Source: an uncultured Bryobacter sp. (GTDB lineage: Bacteria > Acidobacteriota > Terriglobia > Bryobacterales > Bryobacteraceae). Taken from it: a DNA stretch of 64,000 nt. Below are positions 18,040-26,357 of this stretch, piece by piece. The stretch lies in the NCBI GenBank assembly GCA_964387685.1, contig CAYLXK010000024.1, positions 7,149 to 71,148 of the forward strand, read 5' to 3'. The translations under genes and the position numbers were made by a program. Under the pieces are notes generated by a model, which had not been told where the DNA came from, did not search any database, and saw only the letters and a program-made list of their open reading frames with translations. Positions within the stretch are counted from its first letter, which is position 1; each line of letters starts with the position of its first letter.

Positions 18040-19848
18040 ATGAACCGTGTTTGGATCGGCGCCGTCGCCGCGTTGCTGCTTCTGGCCGCCGCCAGCCCTG
18101 GACAAAGAAAAGCCTCGTCTCCGAAAACCAAGTCCACCAAGACGCGCACGGTTTCCGCCCCGGCTGCCTTACCGATTCACTTTCCCCGCCAGACGCCGAT
18201 TGAAGTCCGCAATGCCCTTCGCAAAATGACCCTGCGCGAAATGGTCGCGCAGTTGGTCGTCATTCCTTTCTACGGCGACAACCCCGCACGCAAGCGCCGC
18301 GAGTACCAGGACTTTTTGCGCCTCGTCAAGCAGACCGGCGTTGGCGGTCTGATCCTGCTCAACCGGGTGCAAAACGGCGTGGTCCGCAACGCCGAGCCCC
18401 TGGCCGTCGCCGCCTTTCTGAATCGCATGCAGAAAGAGGCCAAACTGCCTTTGATCGTCGGCGGAGATTTCGAACGCGGCGCGTCGATGCGCGTCTCGAA
18501 TACCGCCCGTTTCCCCCACGCCATGGCCTTCGGGGCGGCGAACGATCTGGCCGCCACGCGCGCCACCGGCGCCGCCACCGCGCGCGAAGCCCGCGCCTTG
18601 GGCGTGCACTGGGTCTTCGCACCCGTCGCCGATGTAAACAACAACCCCGACAATCCGATCATCAACACGCGCAGCTTCGGCGAAGATCCCAAGCTCGTCG
18701 CCGCGCACGTCAAAGCCTTTATCGAGGGCGCCCACGCCGCCAAGCGCGATGGCATCCTGGTCACTGTTAAACACTTTCCCGGCCACGGCGATACGGCCAC
18801 CGATACGCACATCGGGCTGGCCAGAATCACCGCCGACCGTACGCGCCTCGACGCTCTCGAACTGATTCCTTTCCAGGCAGCCATCGCCGCGGGAGTCGAT
18901 GGCATTATGACCGGGCATCTGGCCGTGCCCGCGCTCGAAGAACAAGAGATTCCGGCCACCATTTCGCAAAAGGTCGTCTCAGGTCTGCTCCGGAAAGAGC
19001 TGGGCTATGAAGGCCTGATCGTCACCGACGCCATGGACATGCAAGGCCTTACCAAACAATTCCCGCCGGGCGAAGCGGCTGTGCGCGCCCTCGAAGCCGG
19101 TGTCAACGTTCTCCTGGTGCCCACCAATCCGGATCTCGCCATCAAAGGTGTGTTGGAGGCGATCGCCTCCGGCCGCCTGGGCGCCGAGCGCATCCACGCA
19201 AGCGTCATCCAGCTCTTAAGCGCCAAGCACCGTCTGGGCCTGTTCCAGAACCGCCTCGTCAATGTCGAAGAAGTCAGCGAGCAAATCGACGCTCCCGAGC
19301 TCCAGGAACTGGCCCAGCGAGTCGCCGAGAAGGCGCTCGCCCTGGTCAAGAACGAGGGTGCGGAAATACCGTTGCGCGAGCCCGCCAGCGCCTGCCTGGT
19401 CACGCTGGCCGAAGGCCGCTATTCGACCTCCGGTAAGCGCATGATCGAAGAAGTCCTGGCCCGTGCCCCCAAGATGAAAACGCTTTGGCTCGACGCGAGC
19501 CTGAAGGCGGCGGAGCTGGAAGAGTTTGTTACGCAGCTAGAGCCCTGCCGCGCCATCGTGATTGCCGCCTTTGTTAGCGCGGCATCTTATCGCGGCGATG
19601 TCTCCCTGCCCGGCAACTATACGGCGTTTGTCGAAGCAGTCCTTCGCGGCGGCAAGCCCGTGGTTTTTTGCGCGCTTGGCAGCCCCTATGTGCTGCGGAA
19701 GTTCCCCCAGGCGGCAGCCCAGGCCGCCACCTTTTCCACCACCGTCACCAGTGAGCTGGCTCTCGTGCGGGGCCTCTTTGGTGAGGTGCCCATGAAGGCG
19801 ACGCCGCCCGTTACGATCTTCCCGGTTTCTTCCCTCGCAGCGCAGTAG
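18040..19848 (+). CDS. Glycoside hydrolase family 3 (NagZ/beta-hexosaminidase-like) with C-terminal extension
   Basis: KHFPGHGDT motif, GGDFERG, and ITDAMDM nucleophile region. Signal peptide. Confidence 0.85.
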   Translation: MNRVWIGAVAALLLLAAASPGQRKASSPKTKSTKTRTVSAPAALPIHFPRQTPIEVRNALRKMTLREMVAQLVVIPFYGDNPARKRREYQDFLRLVKQTGVGGLILLNRVQNGVVRNAEPLAVAAFLNRMQKEAKLPLIVGGDFERGASMRVSNTARFPHAMAFGAANDLAATRATGAATAREARALGVHWVFAPVADVNNNPDNPIINTRSFGEDPKLVAAHVKAFIEGAHAAKRDGILVTVKHFPGHGDTATDTHIGLARITADRTRLDALELIPFQAAIAAGVDGIMTGHLAVPALEEQEIPATISQKVVSGLLRKELGYEGLIVTDAMDMQGLTKQFPPGEAAVRALEAGVNVLLVPTNPDLAIKGVLEAIASGRLGAERIHASVIQLLSAKHRLGLFQNRLVNVEEVSEQIDAPELQELAQRVAEKALALVKNEGAEIPLREPASACLVTLAEGRYSTSGKRMIEEVLARAPKMKTLWLDASLKAAELEEFVTQLEPCRAIVIAAFVSAASYRGDVSLPGNYTAFVEAVLRGGKPVVFCALGSPYVLRKFPQAAAQAATFSTTVTSELALVRGLFGEVPMKATPPVTIFPVSSLAAQ

Positions 19849-19860
19849 CTTCGACGTGCC

Positions 19861-20676
19861 TTAGCTTTGGCACTGCGCGCAATAGAACGTGCTGCGTCCC
19901 GCCTGGGGACGGCGCTCGACGGCGCTCCTCCGGCAACGCGGGCAAGGCTCCCCCTCGCGTCCATACACTCGCGTGCTCAAGAGGTCGGCCTCCGGGAATT
20001 GTTCCGCGCTCTTCGTCACCGCGAAGGTCCCCTCGATGGCTCGCGTCAAGACCTTGCCGATGGCCGTGTGCAGCCGCTTCCATTCCGGGTCCGTCACATG
20101 GGCGACGCTCCGCCAGGGATCGAGGCGCGCCTCCCAGAGGGCCTCGGCGGCCCAGATATTCCCCAGCCCCACCACCTTGGACTGATCGAGCAAAAAGGGC
20201 TTGATGGCAATGCGGGAGCGAAGTGCGGAATCTCGCAGGTGGCTCCACGCAAAGCCGGGGTCCAGCGGCTCCGGCCCATATTCGGCCAAGGCCGTAGCCA
20301 GTTCCGCCTGGTTCAGGCAATGCAAGCAGCCAAAGGTGCGCGCATCTTCAAACACGATCGAGCGCCCGTCTGTGAGCTCCAGCAGGACCCGCGTGAAGCG
20401 GGGCGGGGAATGCGGCTCCGCCCAAGCGTAGACGTGGCCCGTCATGCCAAGCTGGATGCGAATCACCGACGAGTTGTCCAGGTGGATCAAAACGTTCTTG
20501 GCGCGCCGCGAGTAGCCCTCAATCCGGCGGCCGCGCAAGCGGCGCACGAGGGACGCCGTCGTTTGCGGCGCCACCAGGCTCTCCCGCAGCACGCGAGTTC
20601 GCGCGATCCCCACGCCGCTCCCCGGCTCTACCGTCAGCCGCCGAACCATGTATTCCGCTTCGGGCAGTTCCGGCAC
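19861..20676 (-). CDS. mutM: Formamidopyrimidine-DNA glycosylase
   Basis: MPELPEAE N-terminus, H2TH region, and C-terminal zinc finger CPRC...CAQCQ. Confidence 0.9.
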   Translation of the reverse strand: MPELPEAEYMVRRLTVEPGSGVGIARTRVLRESLVAPQTTASLVRRLRGRRIEGYSRRAKNVLIHLDNSSVIRIQLGMTGHVYAWAEPHSPPRFTRVLLELTDGRSIVFEDARTFGCLHCLNQAELATALAEYGPEPLDPGFAWSHLRDSALRSRIAIKPFLLDQSKVVGLGNIWAAEALWEARLDPWRSVAHVTDPEWKRLHTAIGKVLTRAIEGTFAVTKSAEQFPEADLLSTRVYGREGEPCPRCRRSAVERRPQAGRSTFYCAQCQS

Positions 20677-20678
20677 TT

Positions 20679-21329
20679 CTAGCCGAGATCCTTCAAGCGG
20701 ATATTGCGAAACTCCACCCGCGTCCCATGTCCCAAAAAGCCGATATGCCCGCTCTTGCGCAACAGTCCAGGGTGCTTCTTCAGGACCGCCTCGTCTTGGA
20801 CCGTGGACAGGTCGGCGTCGCTGATCAATACGCCATTGAGCGTGACGCGAATGCGCATGCCTTCGGCGGCAATCTCATAGGCGTTCCAGACTCCTGCGCG
20901 CTTCACGTATCCGGGCTTGGCCGCGAAAACATCGTAGACCGAGCCTGTATGTTGCTCGGGCCGCAGCATGCTGACGCCGTTCTTCTTGTACTTGTCCGAC
21001 GTCTCGTCTAAGATCTGGATCTCCATGCCCTGGTAGGCGGCGTCGCCTTCGAGCGGTGCGCGGATGCCCACGCCGTTATTGCCGCCATCCCACAGGCGCC
21101 AGTCCAGGCGCAGAATGAAGTTCGCGTATTCTTTCTCGGTGTAAAGATTGCCGCCGCCATCGGCTGGGCATAACAAGCTGCCGTTCTCGACGATGTAGCC
21201 TTTACCGCGCCCATTCACGAGCTTCCATCCGCTCAGGTCTCGGCCGTTAAACAAATCCACAAAGCCCGTTTCGGCGGCCCCGGCCGGCAACGCCGCCAGG
21301 GAAACTTGGAGCCAATTTCGGCGTGTCAT
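20679..21329 (-). CDS. DUF1080 (3-keto-disaccharide hydrolase-like) periplasmic protein
   Basis: [22 protein letters not shown] and [18 protein letters not shown] are typical DUF1080 ends. Signal [18 protein letters not shown]. Confidence 0.8.
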   Translation of the reverse strand: MTRRNWLQVSLAALPAGAAETGFVDLFNGRDLSGWKLVNGRGKGYIVENGSLLCPADGGGNLYTEKEYANFILRLDWRLWDGGNNGVGIRAPLEGDAAYQGMEIQILDETSDKYKKNGVSMLRPEQHTGSVYDVFAAKPGYVKRAGVWNAYEIAAEGMRIRVTLNGVLISDADLSTVQDEAVLKKHPGLLRKSGHIGFLGHGTRVEFRNIRLKDLG

Positions 21330-21388
21330 TTTTCGAGATTATCAAAGCCCAAACGGTAATAAGATGAAGCTGCCCGTTAGAGGCCTTT

Positions 21389-22924
21389 ATGACCGATTCT
21401 CTTTCCCGCCGCTACTTTTTCTTTGGCTCGCTACTCAGCGGAGCCGTTCCCTCCGCCGGCTTTGGCAGCGTCGCCTCTCTGCGCGCCCTTGGCTACAAGC
21501 CTTTCTATAACAAGCTGAACGTTGCGGCCATCGGTTGCGGAGGCCAGGGTGGCGTGATCCTCAATCAAGCCGCCCAAACGGAAAACATCGTCGCCCTCTG
21601 CGACGTGGATCTCGACCGCGCCGCGCCCAATCTGAAACGCTTCGAGAAGCTGCCTCTGTATCGCGACTTCCGCGTCCTGCTGGACAAGGAAGACAAAAAC
21701 ATCGACGCGCTCACCATTGCGATTCCCGACTTCATGCACGCCACGGTCGCGCTGGCGGCCATGCAGCGCGGCAAGCACGTTTATCTCGAAAAGCCGCTCA
21801 CACGGACCCCTTGGGAGGCGCGCCTGCTGGCCGATGCCGCCGTAAAGTACAAGGTCGCAACGCAAATGGGCAACCAGGGCTACTCACACGAGTCCCACCG
21901 CGTGGCGGCCGAAATTCTCTGGTCCGGCGAGATCGGCGAGGTGAGGGAGGTCCACGTCTGTGTCACCCCCGGCACCCATCCCACGGGCTTGAAGGAGCCC
22001 CCGCCCGAGGCGAGCGTGCCGGCCAACCTCGATTGGCAGGCCTGGCTGGGCAATACGCCCATGCGCGCCTTCAGCCCCTACTATGTGCCCTACAACTGGC
22101 GAGGCTTCTACGATTTCGGCACCGGCCAAATCGGCAACTGGGCTACGCACACCGCCGGCCCCGTTCACCACGCACTGATGCTGGGCGCCCCATCCAGCGT
22201 TGAATGCGTTTCGCAGTTCAACCCCAGCAAGTACACCTTCCCGGACCGCGCCGTCATTCGCCTGGACTTCCCGGCGCGCGGGGAGATGCCCGCCGTCTCG
22301 GTCTTCTATCACGATTCGGCCCGGGCGACGGACCCCGACGTCTATCGCGTCCCCGGCATGGAGAACGAAACCATCCTGCCGCCCCCCAATAACCTTTCTG
22401 AAAAGGGGCGGCCCATGGGGAATCGAGGCCCCGGATTCGGCGCTGGTGGACCGGGCGCTCGTCCTCCCGGCGCGGCACGCCCCGCCGGCCCGCGGCAAGG
22501 CGCCGGCGGTCCGGGTGTTACCGTCTTCGGCGGCGAACGTGGCGGCCCTCAGGCAGGCCTGCTCACCGGCAACGGCGCGGTCTTCATCGGCTCTAAGGGC
22601 ATCATGGCTACCGTCGAGCGAGGCGAAGGCGTGTGGCTGCTTCCGTCGGCGCGCTGGGCCGAGTACAAGCTGCCGCCGCAACTGCTCACCCGTTCCCCCG
22701 GCCACATGGCAGACTTCTGCCGTGCCGCCAAAGGCGGCGATGCGGCGTGTTCGCATTTTGGTATATCCGGTCCCTATGCCGAGTGGCTGGCCTTAGCCGC
22801 CATCGCCTTCCGTGTGGAAGGCAAGCTCAATTGGGACGCGAAAACCCTTCGCTTCACCAACAGCCCCGAAGCCAACAAGTACGTCAAGCCAAACTTCCGC
22901 CCGGGTTGGGAACTAAAGCTTTAG
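21389..22924 (+). CDS. Gfo/Idh/MocA oxidoreductase with Tat-like signal and Gly/Pro-rich insert
   Basis: SRRYFFFGSLLSGA, NVAAIGCGGQGG and YLEKPLT. Low-complexity insert GNRGPGFGAGGPGARPPGAARPAGPRQGAGGPG. Confidence 0.85.
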   Translation: MTDSLSRRYFFFGSLLSGAVPSAGFGSVASLRALGYKPFYNKLNVAAIGCGGQGGVILNQAAQTENIVALCDVDLDRAAPNLKRFEKLPLYRDFRVLLDKEDKNIDALTIAIPDFMHATVALAAMQRGKHVYLEKPLTRTPWEARLLADAAVKYKVATQMGNQGYSHESHRVAAEILWSGEIGEVREVHVCVTPGTHPTGLKEPPPEASVPANLDWQAWLGNTPMRAFSPYYVPYNWRGFYDFGTGQIGNWATHTAGPVHHALMLGAPSSVECVSQFNPSKYTFPDRAVIRLDFPARGEMPAVSVFYHDSARATDPDVYRVPGMENETILPPPNNLSEKGRPMGNRGPGFGAGGPGARPPGAARPAGPRQGAGGPGVTVFGGERGGPQAGLLTGNGAVFIGSKGIMATVERGEGVWLLPSARWAEYKLPPQLLTRSPGHMADFCRAAKGGDAACSHFGISGPYAEWLALAAIAFRVEGKLNWDAKTLRFTNSPEANKYVKPNFRPGWELKL

Positions 22925-23238
22925 AAATCAGCCCGTAGGTTTATGTCCGTTCAGGGGTTGTGCTGGCAGCGGCCCTGCGATACGCTTAGGCGTCTACGGA
23001 GCCAGAGGTGGCTTTCGAATAACTGCAGACACCTCTCGGGCGGACTTACCTACGGACCAGGTTAAAGTGCGGTTTACCCGGGCGCTACTCGCGCGGTATT
23101 GTGGGCACCTACTACGCCAGGCGCCATGTCCTATTCAAAACACGGCCATAGACCGCTCAACCGCCCTGGAGTTGCGCCGTGATCGGGGCAAGGCGGCGTG
23201 TGCCCCGGCGCAGATGCTTCGTCTTCGAAACCAGAACT

Positions 23239-25458
23239 CTAGAATTGGCCCTTAGGCCCTTGCGCCCGCTCAAGATGTGCCTTGAATTGCGGGTTCTCCG
23301 GGGCGAGTGCGACGGCCTCACGAAATAGCGGGAGTGCCGCCTCTCTTTGCTGCCGCCGCAAGTAAAGCAGCCCCAAGGTATCGGCAATGGTGGGGTTCTT
23401 GGGCGCGGCGGCACGGGCCGCCAAAGCCAAACCGAAGGCTTCCGATAGCTCAGCGTCCGTTCCGCTTTCGGCGATCAGGTTGGCTAATCCGTTTTGCGCG
23501 ACCAGATGCTTGGGGCTGGTCCGAAGTACCTCCCGGTAAAGCGCTTTGGCTTCGTTTTGTTGGCCGGCCCCTTCCAGCAGTTGGGCCAGGAGGGCTGTGA
23601 TTTCCGGCTCTTTGGGCGCGCTGTTCCGGAGCCGTCGCAATCTCGCGATGGCCGCCGCGGAATTGCCGCGCCGGGCTTCCAGTTCGGCGACGCGCATGCC
23701 GGCCAGCGGAAAGGCGGGCTGCTCGTTAGCGATCCGCTCCAGTTCGGCGAAGCCTTCGGCTTGCTGGCCTAACGCCAGCCGGGTCTCCGCCCGCATGTAC
23801 CGCAACTCGGCGCGGGCGGGGCTTAAGCGCAACTCGCTTTCAAGCAGCCGCAGCGCCTCGTCCAAGCGTCCTTGGGCCCCCAGACTACGCGCAAGCCCGC
23901 TGATTACCCTCAAGTTTTCCGACCCCGGCTGGTAGCGCTTCCGAAAGAGAGCTTCGGCCGAAGCGAACTTAGCTTCCCGCAGTTCGAGATAGCCCTGCTC
24001 GACGTCCAGACCCGCGCTTTGGGGATGCTCCCGGCGCAGGCTTTGCAGTAAGGTCCGGGCTTCCTGGTTCCTGCCCAGACCCTCGAGCGCGGCCACGCGG
24101 GTCAGTAACGCTTGCGGATTCCCCGCGGCTACCGAAAGGGCGGCATCGGCAGCCACTAACGCGTCGTTAAAGCGGCTCCCATCCAGCGACGCGGTGGCGA
24201 TGGCCAACAGCGGGTCCAGGAAGCCGGGAGCTCTCCGTGCGGCTTCCCTCCAGGCGGCGATCGCCTCCGCGCCCTTGCCGGCCAGCGCTAGCGCGCGGCC
24301 GTGATGGAAGTGCAGCGAGGCGCTATCGGGATTTTCCTTAACCAGGGCGTCCAGTTGCGTCTCTGCCTCTCCGACGGCACGCCGCGCCAACTCCAGTAGG
24401 GCGCGGGCCGTACGAAGATCGAGATCCCGAGGAGCGAGGGCGAGGCTTTGCTCCACGATGTTGCGGGCTTCCTCCAGTCGCCCCAAGGCGTTCAGGGCGG
24501 CGACCATTCGCTTCCCATAGGTGGGCTTCAGCGTGCTGTCCACGGCCCAGCCTTTTTGGTAGGCGGCCAAGGCTTCAGCCCATTGCCCCTGACGGGCGTA
24601 GTAGTTGCCGGCCTCGAGCGGGGCGCTGGGGTTTGTCTTGGGGCTGGCCAGCAAGGTTTGGATGCGGGCTTCGGCCATTTGCGCCTGGCCGCGCTGGCGG
24701 TAGAAATCAGCAAGCTGCGCGACCGCCGCCGCATTGCCGGGAAGGGCCTCAATTTTTTGCCGCAACACCAGCTCGGCCTCGTCCGGGCGGCTCGCCTTTA
24801 GGAGCTGCGTGGCTAGGTCGTCGTAGGTGGCCGCCAAGCTTGGCTGCGCCCGAATCAACCCCCGCAGCAGCGACTCGGCTTCGTTTTGTCCGCCCTCGGT
24901 CTCGGCGAGCAGATAGGCCAGGGAGCGGGTCATCTCGGGCTCGCCTGGGCGGGTGGTCAGGGCTTGGCGAAATGCCGCAATGGCTTCGTTATTTTTGCCA
25001 TCCGTGCGAGCCAGTAGCCCCCGGATACGCCAGCCGTCAAAAGATTTCGGGTCGGCTGCAAGGGCTTCGGCCGCGAGCTTGTTCAACGTCTCATAGAAGC
25101 GGACGGGCCGGCGCTCGCTCTGTAAGTACGCGGCCAAGGCGAACTCCGTCAACAGGTGCCTGGCCTCCTGGTTGCCGGCCTCCAGCGTCACGGCCTGCTG
25201 GAGCGAACGAAAAAGCTCTTCCCCTTTGGGCCCGCCCAACAGAGCTTTGGCTAGACCGAGGTGAGCGGCGGCAGACTGACCGTCGATTTGGATCGCCTTA
25301 CGAAAACTGATTTCGGCATCCGCCATTTGCTGGGCGGCCAACTGCCGCTGTCCATCCTCGACAAGGCGGGTCGCGCTTTTTCCACAGGAGAGGAGGCCCC
25401 ACGCCGCGAGGTAAATGATTGCAGTTCTAGTACTTTTTGCTCGAATAATATCCAACAC
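23239..25458 (-). CDS. Large TPR-repeat lipoprotein (PEP-CTERM-system PrsT-like)
   Basis: 739 aa. Lipobox LLSCG near the N-terminus. Wall-to-wall TPR repeats. Divergent from a PEP-CTERM gene. Confidence 0.65.
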   Translation of the reverse strand: MLDIIRAKSTRTAIIYLAAWGLLSCGKSATRLVEDGQRQLAAQQMADAEISFRKAIQIDGQSAAAHLGLAKALLGGPKGEELFRSLQQAVTLEAGNQEARHLLTEFALAAYLQSERRPVRFYETLNKLAAEALAADPKSFDGWRIRGLLARTDGKNNEAIAAFRQALTTRPGEPEMTRSLAYLLAETEGGQNEAESLLRGLIRAQPSLAATYDDLATQLLKASRPDEAELVLRQKIEALPGNAAAVAQLADFYRQRGQAQMAEARIQTLLASPKTNPSAPLEAGNYYARQGQWAEALAAYQKGWAVDSTLKPTYGKRMVAALNALGRLEEARNIVEQSLALAPRDLDLRTARALLELARRAVGEAETQLDALVKENPDSASLHFHHGRALALAGKGAEAIAAWREAARRAPGFLDPLLAIATASLDGSRFNDALVAADAALSVAAGNPQALLTRVAALEGLGRNQEARTLLQSLRREHPQSAGLDVEQGYLELREAKFASAEALFRKRYQPGSENLRVISGLARSLGAQGRLDEALRLLESELRLSPARAELRYMRAETRLALGQQAEGFAELERIANEQPAFPLAGMRVAELEARRGNSAAAIARLRRLRNSAPKEPEITALLAQLLEGAGQQNEAKALYREVLRTSPKHLVAQNGLANLIAESGTDAELSEAFGLALAARAAAPKNPTIADTLGLLYLRRQQREAALPLFREAVALAPENPQFKAHLERAQGPKGQF

Positions 25459-25553
25459 GAAACTCCCTTATCACTCGTTGCTGCCCTACACTTCAAGATT
25501 ACAGATGCCTTTCGGAAATGTGAAAGGCCAGTTTGATTCGAGGTTAGTTTACA

Positions 25554-26309
25554 GTGAATCTTCGTTCCCTTCTTGCCCTGACTTTCTTCCTGGCGGCCTC
25601 CTCCACGGTGGCTCTGGCCGGCCCTTGTGCAACCAATACCCTAGCCTTTTACCGGGACACACACTTTGACGGGAATGCCTGCTCCAACGGCAACCTGTTC
25701 TTTTTCAACTTCGTCTTCGCGCAGATTTCCGGTCCCGCGAATGTGAACGCAAACTCAATTGTGGTGTCCCCCAGCACGGCTGGCATCGGGTTGGACTTTT
25801 CGGGCACGACGGAGTCGATTTTCAACCGCGTCGTCACCGAGCGCGAGCAATACTACATCAGCTACACGGTGGACCCGCCTCCGGTCGTGGCGGGCGACGA
25901 CCTGTACCTGGACCCGCCCACCGGGCCGATCGTGGTCAGCCGCTGGACCTGTCCCGACGACGTGTTTAACCAAAGCGTCGGCTTCATGAGCTTGAGCGGG
26001 CTCGCTACCGCCTCTTACTCGACGACCTTCCAGTGCCTGAATCGGGGCGAGGGTTCGGCACCGTTCTTTATTCAGGCTACGAGCGGAAGCGAAGACGCTT
26101 TGCGCGATTCAGTCACCTACCCGAACCTGGCTTCGTCGGTAACGGTCCGCATGGTAATTGATCTTTTCCCTGGCGTACATACGGGCCTCGAAGCGATCCA
26201 GGCCACGCAACAGGTGGTGCCGGAACCGGCGGCCTTCCTTCCACTAGCGGCAGGCGTGGCGGGCTTGGTGGCCTTCGTCCGCCGTCGCCGCAAAATGGTA
26301 AAGTCTTAG
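25554..26309 (+). CDS. PEP-CTERM sorting-domain secreted protein
   Basis: Signal MNLRSLLALTFFLAASSTVALA. C-terminus VVPEPAAFLPLAAGVAGLVAFVRRRRK is the PEP motif, a TM helix and a basic tail. Confidence 0.8.
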   Translation: MNLRSLLALTFFLAASSTVALAGPCATNTLAFYRDTHFDGNACSNGNLFFFNFVFAQISGPANVNANSIVVSPSTAGIGLDFSGTTESIFNRVVTEREQYYISYTVDPPPVVAGDDLYLDPPTGPIVVSRWTCPDDVFNQSVGFMSLSGLATASYSTTFQCLNRGEGSAPFFIQATSGSEDALRDSVTYPNLASSVTVRMVIDLFPGVHTGLEAIQATQQVVPEPAAFLPLAAGVAGLVAFVRRRRKMVKS

Positions 26310-26357
26310 CCTGGACTGCACTCCGGCTTTCCCCGGATAATTGAGTCCGGGAAAGGG

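Noticed and set aside
22925-23238. Attempt to call RNase P RNA, tmRNA, SRP RNA or 6S RNA in the 315-bp and 830-bp (62667-63498) non-coding stretches.
   Set aside because: I could not find the conserved cores on either strand: GGAAAGUCCGGGC for RNase P, a tRNA-like 3' end with CCA context for tmRNA, or GGAAGCAGCC for SRP domain IV. The regions are left as unassigned structured DNA.
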